This document shows positions 1-12,743 of a stretch of 64,000 nt of DNA, piece by piece. The position numbers and the translations under genes were made by a program. Source of the stretch: Microbotryum violaceum (Eukaryota); NCBI GenBank assembly GCA_001244265.2, contig CDLV01000017.1:496001-560000 (forward strand), in the 5' to 3' direction. Below the pieces are notes generated by a model, which had not been told where the DNA came from, ran no database searches, and saw only the letters and a program-made list of their open reading frames with translations. Position 1 is the stretch's first letter; every line of letters begins with the position of its first letter.

Positions 1-156
1 TCGATCGCCTCAATCTCGGTGTCCTCGGTGCTGGCGCGCCTTCACGGGCCGGGAACTTGTCCTCGAAGAACGTTACGCTTCGCAATAACGTTAACCGCCC
101 CTTCACCGGGTCCCATAGGCGGTAGGCTTTGGATTCTAGGTCGTATCCGAGGAGAA

Positions 157-2145
157 TCATCGGAAGGCCCCGTGGCTGGAGCTTCTTACGTTGTTCGGTA
201 TTCGCCGTGTGCCAAGCTCAACATCCGAAGACCCGTAAGTGATGAACGTGGGCAGGTTTCCCGGTCCATTCCCGAAATGGCACCTGGAACGATTCTTCAC
301 ATACACGTATGTAGCCACAGCTTCGGCCCAAAACACCGTGGGCAGACCGGACTCATAGAGCATCGTTCGAGCTGCTTCCGAAATCGAGCGGTTGGCCCTT
401 TCGGCGACACCATTTTGCTCGGGCGTGCTGGGGATCGTGAGTTGTCGCGACAAACCCGTGTCGTCCAACCATCGCTTAAACTCCGTCGAAAGGAACTCGC
501 CACCGCGGTCCGAACGGACAACTTTCAAAGTGTGCCCTGATGACAGCTCGACCCGTAGTTTCCACGTTTTGAACCTTTCAAAGGAGTCTGACTTCTGCGG
601 CATCGTCAACACCCACATGTACCGCGTACAATCGTCGACGATAACTAGCGCGTAGCGATGATTTGCAAGTGACAGCTCGCCGTCGAAGGACAAAAGATCG
701 ATGTGGACGAGATCGAGGGGTTTTCCGGATCGCGATTCGGAGTTTGGGAATGGCTTGTGCGTAGCTTTGCCGGCCAGACACGATTCGCATTTTAAGTCAC
801 TGCGAGACTTCATGTTCAAACCTATCACAGCGTCAGACTTGGACAGCTGGTGAAGGGAATGGCAGTGCAGATGAGCAAAACGTCCGTGCCAGATATGGAG
901 AGGCACTGCTGTCAGAGCTGTGGCTGACGCACAATCAAGGGGTGCACTTCGAGCTTGAACCGACTTGAGTTCCAGACGGTACAACCCCAAATTGAGCTTC
1001 TGTCCCGTAAGTAGGATGTCGTCATTTCCCGCCAGCTTGAATCGCCCGTTTTGAATGGTGATTTTGCGACTATCACGATCGGCTCGATGCCCGGCGAAGA
1101 GATTGGCGGGGGCACTAGGGACGAAGATGCTGTTGACCAGTTTGTACCTCTTGCCGTTCTGGTCTTCGACGCAGGCCGTGCCTACTCCCATAATGGTCTT
1201 TCCCTCACCATTGATGCCCTTCAACGAAGACGGAGCTGTCGCCTTCAGGTCGGCGAACGCGGCAGGATCATTGATGACGTGATGAGTCGCTGCCGTGTCG
1301 TAGAGGATCATTTCTCGAGAGTGTCCCTTTGGTAATTGCGTGAAGAACGCGCCAACGGAATCGGTCCCCAGCAAGTCTTCAACCGAAGGGAGCGCCAAAT
1401 CCGCCATCGGTTCCTCGCCTTTGGTCGTCTTGCGTCGTGGAAACTTCCTCTTCTTCGGCTTCGGTTGGGCACCAGTCGTGGCCAACAACGCCGTCGCAGC
1501 GTTCCCAGTATCTTGTCTCAAGTTTGCTGGAGCTCGATCTGCTGCGATCACTGTGTCGACAGTTGGCATCGCATCGACGCCTTTGGAATCGAACTGATCC
1601 AGATACGACGGTCGTCGAGCCCCCACAATCACAATGAGGTGGCATGCAACCACTTGATCGAACGTCAACTTGTGAGCCCGTAGGTCAGTTGTGAGGTGAG
1701 TAATGGATCCGGCCCAAGGAAGATAATCGTCTTCCTGTGCTGGTGGCGGTCCGACCGAGAACTTCTTTCCGACCTGCGTGATAATGCCGCGAAGGGAAGA
1801 CCGACCGAGGTGCTTTCGAAGGTATTCCACCGTCTGCTCCGACGTCATGTCGTAGCACCTGACCAGAAGATGCGCCACACTTTCCGAGCAGGTTTGATGC
1901 ATTGCCTTGTGTACCGCATCATGAGCTCGATCGAGTTCATCGTCGTCCTTGCATTTAGCAGATGGGTACTGCTTGGGAAAGGAGAGCTGCCACTGACGCC
2001 TGTCGACGGTGAAGCGAACGTGATCGAGCCATACGTCGAGGTTGTTATTTTTTAAAATCGCGAATGCGGGGAAACGAGAAGCTTGCGAGTGGGTTGAAGG
2101 GTCTGCGTCGACGGACTTGTCGATGGTTGACTGTTCGTCAGTCAT
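157..2145 (-). CDS. Copia Gag-protease-integrase polyprotein (reading frame degenerates after the integrase core)
   Basis: Protease ILYDTAATHH; GAG-pre-integrase WHGRFAH..CESC; integrase VHIDL, VRSDRGGEF, NGVAERANR, FWAEAV. Confidence 0.9.
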   Translation of the reverse strand: MTDEQSTIDKSVDADPSTHSQASRFPAFAILKNNNLDVWLDHVRFTVDRRQWQLSFPKQYPSAKCKDDDELDRAHDAVHKAMHQTCSESVAHLLVRCYDMTSEQTVEYLRKHLGRSSLRGIITQVGKKFSVGPPPAQEDDYLPWAGSITHLTTDLRAHKLTFDQVVACHLIVIVGARRPSYLDQFDSKGVDAMPTVDTVIAADRAPANLRQDTGNAATALLATTGAQPKPKKRKFPRRKTTKGEEPMADLALPSVEDLLGTDSVGAFFTQLPKGHSREMILYDTAATHHVINDPAAFADLKATAPSSLKGINGEGKTIMGVGTACVEDQNGKRYKLVNSIFVPSAPANLFAGHRADRDSRKITIQNGRFKLAGNDDILLTGQKLNLGLYRLELKSVQARSAPLDCASATALTAVPLHIWHGRFAHLHCHSLHQLSKSDAVIGLNMKSRSDLKCESCLAGKATHKPFPNSESRSGKPLDLVHIDLLSFDGELSLANHRYALVIVDDCTRYMWVLTMPQKSDSFERFKTWKLRVELSSGHTLKVVRSDRGGEFLSTEFKRWLDDTGLSRQLTIPSTPEQNGVAERANRSISEAARTMLYESGLPTVFWAEAVATYVYVKNRSRCHFGNGPGNLPTFITYGSSDVELGTRRIPNNVRSSSHGAFR

Positions 2146-2199
2146 GGTGGAGCGTTCGGGTGAACCGTTGTGACGTGGCAGCAGCTGTGCAAAGTCGTT

Positions 2200-2211
2200 G
2201 GGCTTATAACC
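2200..2211 (-). promoter_or_regulatory. Copia primer-binding site of the tRNAiMet-fragment type
   Basis: GGTTATAAGCCC immediately after the putative LTR; one mismatch from GGTTATGAGCCC, the anticodon-arm primer site of Ty5/copia-type elements. Confidence 0.7.
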
Positions 2212-2358
2212 TCTAGAATCTTGGCGTCTGATTCGAGGCGGTTCAATACGTTAGAACGCTCGAATCAGAAGGAAGCTAAGAGATTGAATTCGATTGAACC
2301 CCGCGCGCGCTCGCGCTCATGTAGCCTGCAGAGTGTACTCAAGTGTCTTAACTCGACA
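2212..2358 (-). repeat. Putative 147-bp 5' LTR of the Copia element
   Basis: Starts TGTCGAG and ends directly before the PBS; the partner LTR is outside the window, so it cannot be confirmed. Confidence 0.55.
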
Positions 2359-4871
2359 GTTTAAGCCATTTTGGCCAGGGAGGCGCGGACTGCGTCAGCG
2401 GCGGTGCGGAGTCCTCTCGATTGGTTCCTCACCAATCATTGACTCTGCTATCGACCGTTGACTGAAGTTCGTGTTCTCGTCTTCCTGGACCAAAGACCGC
2501 CTCGCATCGAAATTTAACTGGCAGGACAGGGGCGGAAGGAAGAACAAAGACCGGCGTTGTTGCGGGCGCAAGCACGTTGTACGGCAGTGTCGAAGTGAGT
2601 GGAGAGGATCGCAGGAGGCTCGATCACGGTGATGGGGTCCAATTTGATGGGGAAACCTCGACGCTCGATTAGCATTCGGGAAGTCTTACCGACGGGGGGA
2701 TGGGTGGTAAACCCGTAGGCTTCTCGCCCGCTAGTAGTGCCCCACTGCAGTCGCGAAGGAGCCCACCAACCAGATGAATGGCGTGTAGTGCATGGTGGCC
2801 GGAGGTTGGGGGATCCAGGTATGCACGGAGTGAAATAAGAGATAGGATCCTCGGCGACGATTCGAGAAATCTTCGCGACCAGAGTATGTGGGAGAGAGAG
2901 CGTTGCTCAGGAGTCGACCCGGAAGAGTGGGCCGAGGAAGTTGTGAGCGACAAGTAGCTGCTGCTTGGCGGAAGAATAGAGAGAGCGCAACACGTTATGG
3001 TAGAGTGAGAGAGAAGAGCAATGATGATCCACCTCAAGTTAGTATTTGGCTCAAAGTTCTCCGTGTCCGGGAACGCCAGGCGGGCGCGCGTTGGTTCCAG
3101 ATCTAAGCCACCTCCCCTCAGCCTGTGCGCCCGTAAAAGGGAAGCCTGATACCACTCGTGCCTACTGAAAATTGGCAAGGGAACACAGCTCGACGGGCAC
3201 CAATTATGGTAGCTCTGCGACCATCAAGATGATTAAGTCAACACCCCAAAAAGTAAATTGAGGTTGTAATCAAAGGGGCTGCCGTATCGTTCAACTGTGG
3301 GCCGGTGCCGGCTATCCGACTGGCAGAGGCTGCAGTGCGCCACCGTTCACGCCTCCGAGTCCGACTGGGATTGACTCGGATACCGTAAACTTTGGAGCCA
3401 GGGCGCCAGGGCGCCAGGCCTGCCAGGGGCCATGGTTTTCCCAGCGTAGAGCAGTTTTGAGGCCCTCCTTCTCTGCTCTATATAATGCTTCTTCGGATAT
3501 GTCGTCTTCTATCGTCTTCAGTCGACCTATCGTAGACTAAGCAAGTTCCGAGTATATAGATGATATTATGTACCGGGCCCGCGCTGGGCGCGACGGGTCC
3601 TGAACCTCTGACGGAAAACCCTCTCTTCGGGAGTCTGACAACAAAGGGTGAGTATTCGATGCCCATGACTTGGCTTATAATTTTTTTCTGCATACACTCG
3701 ACAAGGGATCATATGCGCAACGCAGTCAAGTAATGCAAAGCTCGAAATAGTACCGAAACGGGAACGCGCATAAAAGTCGGATCGTCCCAGCAGGCGGCGG
3801 CGCACCTCACACGAGCACCAAGAATTTCACCCCTGTTGAGAGCGCAGAAAATTCAGCATCCCACTTACTCTGTGAAGACATTAATAAGATGCATGTTAGT
3901 CTCTGCTCTGGGCTTCCGAATAGTCGGCGCTGGCGCGCCGGCGTTATTCATCCGCCTCTTTGCAGTTAATCGGGAACCGCGCGCTCGTGGTGCGTGGGAA
4001 ACGTCGACGGTTCCAACGGGATCGGAGTTTGAAACGGAGGAGCAGGTTTTTCTCAGATGCCCAAAATCGGTGAGAATCCGACTACAACTCCAATCAGACC
4101 TGAAAAACGCAACCATAGGTTTTATCAAGGCTACAGCCAACGACGTGGGCGAAGGGAACGGGAGAAATTGGATCGATTCGCACAAGATTTGGTATTACAA
4201 CACGGATGGTGGTATGGTGTGAGCTTCACTCCGGTACCGGAGTTAGCCATGGAGGCCGTTCCAGAATGCCTGGGGCGAAATTACTGCAGACATGGCATCA
4301 TGAACTGATTGAAGGGACAGCAAGGATATGGGGTGATCACCAAAAGCGTGGGCGGAAACCCGTAGGAGAAGATAGTGAGAGTCAAAGAAGAAGGGATGGA
4401 TAGGGTGCAGCTCAAAAGCGCAGTGTAGGTTGCAGTATCGAACAGGGTAAGGGGAGCGGTTGGAAGTCGCAGGTCAGGTCAGAGGCGATAGCCCAGTTAA
4501 TGTGGTCCAGCGCCCGATAACGGTCGCCTCTTTGTAGACTTAGCTGGAATTCAAATTCTCATTCTCATTCTTACCCACGCTGTGTGGACGACTCCACAGT
4601 CACAGTGTCCTCACTTTCCTCAGCCCACATCCATCTAGGGGACAGGTCACTTGCACCACCGTTTCTCGCGGAGTGGGGGGTGGGGTTACGGTCCGGCATC
4701 AGCCGATTCGGGGGCCTGGACCGGGCTCTCTTGGTGGTACTCAACAGCAGCTACGGTCGTGCGGGATATTCCGGGCATTTCGCCCAATGTGATCTCAGAC
4801 TGGGTCATTCCCGGGCTGGGACTCCCCAGTCTTTCAAAACGAAACCTTGAGCTCTAAAGACCTTCAGGAAT

Positions 4872-7078
4872 TTACAACATGTCCTTAATAATCTTCGCCG
4901 CAATTCTGACACCCCAAGGAACTACTCTATCCTTGCGTTCGAATAACTCTTCGTTGACGACGTCAACTGCATAAGATCTTAATGCCTCCAGCTCCTTCCC
5001 CAAGGCCTTCCTCAGTCGTGGCGAACTGGTAGTCAGCAAGACGTTGGCTTCCAAGTCGCGAGAAGCCGAGCGACTGCCATAGTTGGACGAGCCGATAACG
5101 GTCAGCCATGGCGGCTCTGGATGGGTGTGCCGGATCCAGCCGTCGAGGTCATTATAGTCCGACCTCGAGCTATGGTTGTGAGGAAAGCGAGTGGTAGAAG
5201 TGAGCGAGGGGATCAGCCAGATACCTGTCAGTGAGCAAACATAATCAGCACTAAGCAGGGAAGAGCGGCCAAACCCTTCCCTCCTCACCTTTGGCATGAT
5301 AGGTCCAGCCCTGGCGCTTCCACTCGCGAAGCTCAACATGGCTTTCCCGATCGCGTCGTTGACTTTCTTCGATCATCTGCTTGTAGAATTGGTGCTGGAG
5401 GTGCGTATACGCCGGCGGGATGTATTTGGATACCCCTCGCGAATTGTGAAAGCCATTCGCCTGTGACGTCGACAGAGGAACAGGTTAAGCAGGGAAGTGA
5501 CACGGTGACCGATGGCGATTATTAGTACCTTACCTTTGGTGAAGCGGCCACTATCCGTACACCGGCCTTGGAACTCAGAACCATGGCCTTGTATCGCTCG
5601 TGTACGCTGAAGTAACCCGAGGTCCAATTCAACGTTGTTGCCGCACCTCCAGGAGCCGTCGCCAACGCATTCGCGGTCTTGAAGATGCTCGGGACAGCCG
5701 TATCCGTTTCTTGTTTGACATAAAAAAGGCCCATCTGAATTACGGGTCGAACCGAAGTATCGAAAGGCGGGACGATTCGACTCGAACTTGAGCCTGCTCG
5801 ATCAGACGGGGAGCGAGACGCCCACTGCTTGGTGAGAGTATTTACCAAGTTGCCAGCAGCGAGCTTGAGATCTTCTGAGAAGGAAGGTGCGCTTTCGATT
5901 GGGGACGAGCCAATGTTGGAATTTGGCCACCGAATGTCGAGGGCGGGGTGCTGGGTCGACTTGTCGATAGCCGTAGCTAGGTACGAGAAAGATGAGATGC
6001 GCTCAAGCAGCGACGAAAAGTAGTCGGCCAAAGGGGCATGCGAGCTAAACTCCATGTAGCGGTCTTGCCGGTTCGTGAAGTAGTCTTCGCTTAAATTGGC
6101 GCTGCTTGGAACAGGCGATGGGTAGGTCAACCGACGATCCACGGGACCAAATTCTTCGCTGCTCGGCCCCGCCTCAAGAGGACTGACCCGCTGATGATGA
6201 CGGTATCATCAAACCCATAGCACTTGATGTGCTGAAGTCCCCAGCCCTCGTCGAACCGCCTGGGAACCACCCTCTTTCGCCATCCTACGAGGTTGGGCGT
6301 GTGATACAGTCGCAGCTCGACCTGCTTCGGGAACGCCGCTGTCAATGACCCGAGCAACGATGCCGAAGAAGGGCTAGGAAGCTCGCGCGTCGAACGAAGA
6401 TAGTCGACAAGCAGAACTAATTTTAGTTCAGGTGATCGCCTAAGTGCGTCATATAGAGCTTGTACCTATCAACTCGTGGGTGTCGATGGATTGATTGCCG
6501 AGTGGTTCGTGCGAAACGCAGCCCGTGAATGGTTGCTCAGATCAGTATGGGGACCCGAGTGGGAGGTTGCGGTGCGGAGCTCTCACGAGTTGATGTTCCT
6601 CCTTGCCGACGTAGAGAGACGCGATGAAAATTCTATGCTTGGCCAAAGATATATGGTGCTGAGAAATATCAAGAGGAACCGCATCAGTGGGCGTAGCTGG
6701 GTTTAAGTGCCGCGTGCCAAGTGCCAAGGATCTGCCGGACCGCCGACCCCGAACCCCCACCGAGCACAAATGAGCAGCGGCAGCGGCGGCGAAGAGCGTT
6801 TGACGTGGACGTACAAGTAGGGTCTGGTAGAACTGGGACGGCTCATTCAAAATCCTGACTTGCTCTGCCCGGGTCGGGAACTCGGGCAAGTCTTGTAGTT
6901 CGATCGAGAGGTCCTCAAACGCGGGATGACGCGCGACACCACCGCGCCGCGGCGAGTGAGAAGGCGCGGTCGCGGTAAAGACCGGACGTCGTCGAACGGC
7001 TGCTACCGAGGGCACGATCGTCCGAACGCGAACCGCAGCATTCACCACTGCGAGTTGAAATACGAGACGTGCTAGCAT
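4872..7078 (-). CDS. PGS1: CDP-diacylglycerol--glycerol-3-phosphate 3-phosphatidyltransferase (PGP synthase, PLD superfamily), multi-exon
   Basis: Exon peptides IFIASLYVG, RLYHTPNL, GLQHIKCYGFDDTVIISG, ANLSEDYFTNRQDRY, GWTYHAKG, TVIGSSNYGSRSASRDLEAN; Arg-rich N-terminus consistent with a mitochondrial presequence. Confidence 0.92.
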
Positions 7079-9029
7079 CTCATGGCCGACGGCGTCGAAA
7101 GTCGCGGCCGAGCACTGCAGCAAAGGTCGTCGCAAAGACAAGATGGAAACGCGACGAAGCTTCGCGCGGAAACCGGTCCCGGACTCGGGGGTCCGGGTGG
7201 ATGTCGTCGCAGTGTCGTCACAACGTCGTTGCAGTAGTGTCCTCGCTTCTCCCGCCTTCTCCCGCGTTCCAGCCTTTTAGCTCCACAGACGCCCCACCGA
7301 GCGGCGCTGAGCCCCGTCGAGCCCCTCTCCTGTGTACCCTTAGCACCACGAGGTAGGCTCGGTGCGAGCCCGCTTCAGCATGCTACGGCGCTCGCTTGCC
7401 TACACAACTGTCGTCATGATCGAAAGAAGGAGTGCGCTCTTCCTCAGTGTTGCAGTAATAAGTTCCAGCTACCTGTTCCCAATCATTATAGTTGTACCAA
7501 CTGCCGGTCGGCTACTTGCGACATTTGGCCTTTTTTTTTGGATCAGCTTTCCTGCTAGCGGTCTGCCCTGCTTCGGCGGCCGCACCCATAGAATTCGTGC
7601 CACCCTGCATCGCCAGTCGTTCCTTGATCTTGCCTCGTTTGATCTCCCTTTTTCGAATATGCTCGGCCCCTGCTCGGTTGCGCTTGGGTAACCACCGATC
7701 CTCGTCAGGTGGTGTGGAGGCAGCAGCGAGGTGTTTGGGTCGACGATGCCGTGGCTGGTTGGGGGCGGCCTGCGCGACCGATTGCGATGCCGAAGGTCTG
7801 CCGTAGTTGGTTTTGTGATGTACAAGCTGCAGCACTGGCGAGTCCTCAAGTTGATCGAGTCTGGCAGCTGTAAAAACAGAGAGCGCATTTGGAACGGTCG
7901 TCGACACGAAGGCGAGGTGCTGCAAGCAGGCGTCTACATTCGCCCGCAGGTCTATAACCTCCGGTGACGCCTAGATGCAAATGAAGTGATCAGCTTCAGA
8001 AGGGCTCAAGCTAAGGAGACATCTGTATTGCCTCGACACCGACCTCCGCCGAAGCGATCAAATCTTCAAAAAGATCTTTTGCCTCTTCGAATCGTTCCAG
8101 ACGGTACAGCTGCGGGAAAGAGAGGACAGAAGATTCGATTAGAGCGTGCAATCTCATTCCCTCACCCGGCTTCAGCACTGCACTGCTGTGCTAAGTCCTC
8201 ACAGCTTGTGCTCGGAGGACAAAGGCTGTGCGATCATCTTGCTGCTCGCGTTGGCGCTGACGACCGTCATCATCCACTAGAACGATCGTCTCGCTCGGTC
8301 GCGCGAGTTTGTAGCAGCAATAAGATTTGTATGTGGCCGAATGAGTAGATTCGATTGCCGTCACAGCTTGGGTGAAGCGATCGAGAGCGATGAGGAGCTG
8401 GAGCCGGGTTTGTAGGGCCAGTTCGTCGCGGGGATCTAGTCGGAGCACTGTTCGCGCGGAGCGTGGCAAGGGCGACCGAGTCAGCTCCAGGAACAGAGCC
8501 AGGTGTGTACGATGAAAAATGGGCCCGACCTACGCTTCTCACAGGTCTTGAGCGCGTTGGACAGCGCCGAGCTATCGAGTTGGTCGTGCAAAGTGCGATA
8601 CAGGGCTGTCCGCCTCGAGGTGATGGGCTTACCGGCCTTAGTGAAAGCCATGCGAGCGATCTATGACCCGTAGCGCAGGACTCAGATCCAAATGAGCAGT
8701 TTTGAGCGACGGGGCGAAGCGGTCAAGGCGTCTAGACTAGAGAAGGCCTTGGCGCCGGACATCCGACCCGGTCACTGGAGGTCACTGGCCACCGGCGGGG
8801 TCACCAGGGGTCACCGGCTGGGTGCGAAATTGTGGAGGCTAATGAGAGAATTAACGCGCCTCGCACGCGCATGACCACCGACTGAATCTAGCCGAAACCC
8901 GGCTAACCGAATATTGGACCATTATTAACCGGTTTCCCCCTTTTGTGTAGTTCAGTCTCGGTCCTCTCTCTCTCTCTTAGAAGAACACATTCATTGGAGC
9001 CGAGCCCTGAAACCAGAATACAGTCTACA

Positions 9030-11540
9030 ATACCTCTTCAAGGACAACGAATACGACGAGTCGATCGGCCCGGTACTCGCGATCCTTCTGTAAGGCCACC
9101 GGCCTTACAAGATCGAGCCAGAGCCGGGGTGTAAAGGCATAAGTTGAGATCACTCGACATCGCCCATGTCACAGAGCGCGTCTGGACGAGTTTGTGTTCG
9201 CATGTGGTCGTCAGCGCCGGGGACCCACATCGCGCGCTCACCGAAGTCAGCTATAAGAAGTGGTCTCAGTTGACGTTGAGAGATCGGGACTTCCGGGGCG
9301 CGAGACGGCCTGGCTACTGCAGTGGGCGTGGTGAATGTGTCCACCGCTGAGACATGGGAATCAAATGGCATGAAGTGTCAGTATTCCTCCACAGATCTTT
9401 CACAGTGGGAAAAGCGTTGCAACCCACGATTAGATGCGGTTTTGTCGTTAGCCTAAACGGTATCTGCTTGGTCGAGAAACTTGTCCTTGATGCGCCCAAG
9501 GCTGTGAGATACCTCGTCATCGCAACGGTGAGTGTAAATCTGCCGGGTTGACGGTGACGAAGAGGGTGTACATACCGAACGCGTTGACGTATTCGCGGAT
9601 GTCATTCCTCATGCCGAGCATCTGCGCAGTTGTGCCGTGAATTTTGTCTCCGGCACTTTGCAATTCCGCCAGAATACGGTTGATATGCTTCTCTGCTTCT
9701 GTTGCTGCCTTGTACCTGTTCGTGTCCTTGGATTTTTTGATCATTTCGGACACAACATCCATGTCGATTTCGAGTAGTGCTGCTGCGATTCGAGCCACCT
9801 TCTCTTTGGGAACCCGAAAAGCGAGTTGGCGAAAGACTTCTCGTCGGCGGAGCATGTTCGAGACGATGAATGGGCAAGACGGGTCGCATCGAAATCGCTG
9901 TCGTATAGATCGACATCAAAGGAGACGGCAGAGTGCGCCGAATTCTTGCTTTCGTTGATCAACCACCTGAGCATCTTCTGGATCCGACTCTGCTTCACGA
10001 TCATGGCCCATGGGTCGACCCTTGTCCAGCTCCGCAAGGTGTAAGGCCCGTGCGCCTGGGCCTTAGAAGGAGGGGGGGGCGCGCCTGGGCGCTCTCAGTC
10101 TCTCCTCAGCGACTAACGTAGAGTGTCCAGGTGAGCCCAACTTGTGGATCAGGAGGCATTGTTGTAGCAGCGACTAACGTAGAATGTCCAGTGTCAATCC
10201 TACATACTTTGGTCCTGTGGTCTTATCGTTGTCGCTCCGGTGTGCACTCCTACGGGGTGTATTACACAAGGTTGGAGCTCCCTTCGCAGAATAAAACGCA
10301 AACACTGTCAGCGAGTTCCTCGACTGACATGGGCAGTACATCGGTGAACGAAGCGGTGTTCTGGCTGAAGATGAGGGTGTTTTCGCGCGTAGGTTCTTTT
10401 TGAGCTTTGAGATTTCCGAATTAGCTTGTACACGATCTCGTAGGCTCTGGCGCGCGCAGTGACGAGGTGCTCAAGCTGATTCGCGTTGGAGAAGCAATCT
10501 CGGACATCAGCGGAGGCGTGATCCCTGAGTGCGGGATAAAATCCGTTGCTCAACGACCGAGGGGGCTTAGTCCGTTTGAAGCAGTCTGGACAGAGTGAGC
10601 CCTGAAGCGTGTTGTTCGTCGGCGAGTACGCGATCTGATCGATTAAAGAGTCGCTCGGTCGATGGAGACGTCGGGGATGGATGAGCGCGCCCCGTCAAGC
10701 TGAAAAATTGTAAGTCGAAGGTCCGTCAGTAGTGTAGAGTTGGTTAATCTCCAAATCCCTGATCCCTCACCCTTGATGTCGTCTTCAGGCACCGATCGTA
10801 CGTTATGCCCGAAGACTCTCTCGGAACACACCAGGCAGCAGAAGAGACGGGAACGAGCGTCGGTGAAGTAATCATTCCATTCAGAACGGTTCTCGGTCTT
10901 GAACTGATCGGATGCTGGCGCAAAATGCGATGTCACTTTACCGGGATCTTCTTGTGCGGGTTCGGGATGCAGCGGTGGACGTCTGTGCAGCGTTTGTTCA
11001 GAGTCAGTCGCTGAGACGTTCTCGCGATTCGTCTGGACTTCCTCGTTCAGTCAGGCTCGAAGCACGTCAACAGGTTTTGATGCGTAAGCTCTATGGTCGG
11101 AGAAGCAATGACGACGTAGCCGAGTCACGGGACTCGCCGCTTGTTGCCTTCTGAAAACATACCCATTTGAACAAGCATTACGGTGGGGATCGCACGACCA
11201 AAGGAGCGCTTGCAGGGATAGCTCTTTCGCAAGCGGATTCCTCCTGGAGTATCCTTCCACGTGGTGCGCCCGGCGAAAAAGCTCCTTCAGAAGATCCATG
11301 CTGAAGTTGATACTGCTGCACACGAGTTGCTCAAGACTGCATTTGACAATCACATCATCGAGTGCTGACACTGGACTGTTGCGTAAGAGCGGACCGGAGT
11401 AGATATACTGCGCTTGATCGGTGCGGCGGGAGGATCGGCTGTCGCTAGTGGTGGACGCGAGGCTTAACACGTTGCCGAAATTCGAGCGTTGTGCACTGCA
11501 GTGGGCTGACCTCGATGGTGCGGAGGTGTACAAGATCAGA
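9030..11540 (-). mobile_element. Degenerate Helitron-like element (N-terminal/Rep region), boundaries approximate
   Basis: Broken frames with CLVC, SNGFYP..ARARAY, RNRFRCDPSCPFIVSNMLRRREV and MRNDIREYVNAFGMYTLFVTVNPADLHSP (Helitron Rep-like F-x-T-x-N-P-A-D motif). Confidence 0.75.
10040..10266 (+). mobile_element. Solo LTR of the chromovirus family (third subfamily), 227 bp
   Basis: TGTAAGGCCC...GTGTATTACA, homologous to LTRs at 51852 and 58893; flanked by 5-bp TSD CAAGG (10035-10039, 10267-10271). Confidence 0.95.
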
Positions 11541-11928
11541 AAGCGGTGACATGACGGCGGTTGTGTGATAGCTTGTCTTAGAGATGCGAGGAAACTCGGT
11601 CCAAGTCAGAACAAGGCAGTACTACATAATGATCGGCGCGCTTAGCCGGGGTCCTCCTATCCGGGGGAGCATTCTTCAAACCGATCGGCGCTGAAATCGG
11701 GCTCCCCAATTGCGCTCTTAGGCCGGGTCCTGAATCCTGATATCCGGGGTAGCATTGTTCGCACCAATCGGCGCTGAAATCGGGCTCTCGTATGGGACTT
11801 CAGCCGCGCGCGCGCGGGGTATTTCGGCCATTTCGTCCAATAAAATCTCAGAATAGCATCATTTTCGAGGCTAGGACCCCCCCCCTTTTTCGAAACGAAA
11901 ACTTCAGCTCTAACGAGCTTCAGGATCC

Positions 11929-12436
11929 ACAAGGGTTCTCATAGGATCAGATCACCGGAGGATCGGATCAGATCCGGTTTTTTTTTCTTTTCCAATCCGC
12001 GTTGATCTATCTTTTCTTGATCCTATTCAAAAGGATCAATTTGATGAGACATTTAACTGCCTTATATGGCAACTGATCACTACATCTCATTAGTTGTCGC
12101 TATCGGTGTTGAGCGCATCATTCTCACTACTACCACCACTATTGTGCCCATCATAACTATCTTCCTCATCTTTGTCGGAATCACTATCATCATCATCATC
12201 CGAAATGATCCCCTCACTGATTCGCCTTTTTTTATGAGCTACGATTGCGCGCGTTGCCCTCGCCGGTGTAGGTGGGTTTCGTATGACATCTACAAAATGC
12301 GAAAATAATTTTATAGTCGGCTTAGACTTGTGTAATAAAGGTCATGTCGGATAGTGGTACATACCCTGTAGCGCGCTCTTGTGAACGGCAGGTATCAGTT
12401 AAACTACCAAGCAACGACGCTACATCGCCTCCCCAC

Positions 12437-12476
<40 letters not shown>

Positions 12477-12743
12477 CTTTTTTTTTCTTTTCTTTTTCTT
12501 TTTTTTTCTTTTCTTTTTCTTTTTTTTTTTTCTTTTTTTCTTTTTCTTTTTTCTTTTTTTTTTTCTTTTTTTTTTTTTCTTTCTTTCTTTCTTTCTTTTT
12601 TTTTTTCTTTTTTTTTTTTCTTTCTTTTTTCTCCGAGGCTTGATCTATCTTATCTTGATCCTGCTCAGCTAGGATCAGGATCGATCTGATCCTAAAAATC
12701 AGGATCAGGATCGGATCAGATCTGATCCTATGAGAACCCTTGT
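11929..12743. mobile_element. Non-autonomous DNA transposon with terminal inverted repeats
   Basis: 25-bp TIR ACAAGGGTTCTCATAGGATCAGATC / GATCTGATCCTATGAGAACCCTTGT; many subterminal GATC motifs; no clean TSD seen. Confidence 0.8.
12440..12631 (+). repeat. ~190-bp homopyrimidine (T-rich, TTTTTC-type) tract
   Basis: Direct reading: only T and C. Confidence 0.95.

Larger units (their letters stand above)
1..2358 (-). mobile_element. Ty1/Copia LTR retrotransposon, 5' part (runs off the window start)
   Basis: Gag-protease-integrase ORF 157..2145. Candidate short 5' LTR 2212..2358 begins TGTCGA on the minus strand and is followed by a GGTTATAAGCCC primer site. Confidence 0.9.

Noticed and set aside
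3200-8700. Short ORFs at 3836-4222, 4584-4857 and 7469-8666
   Set aside because: No recognisable domains or consistent splice structure
8730-8820. Helitron 3' hairpin plus CTAG terminus and GGTCAC repeats
   Set aside because: Hairpin is too weak to fix a boundary
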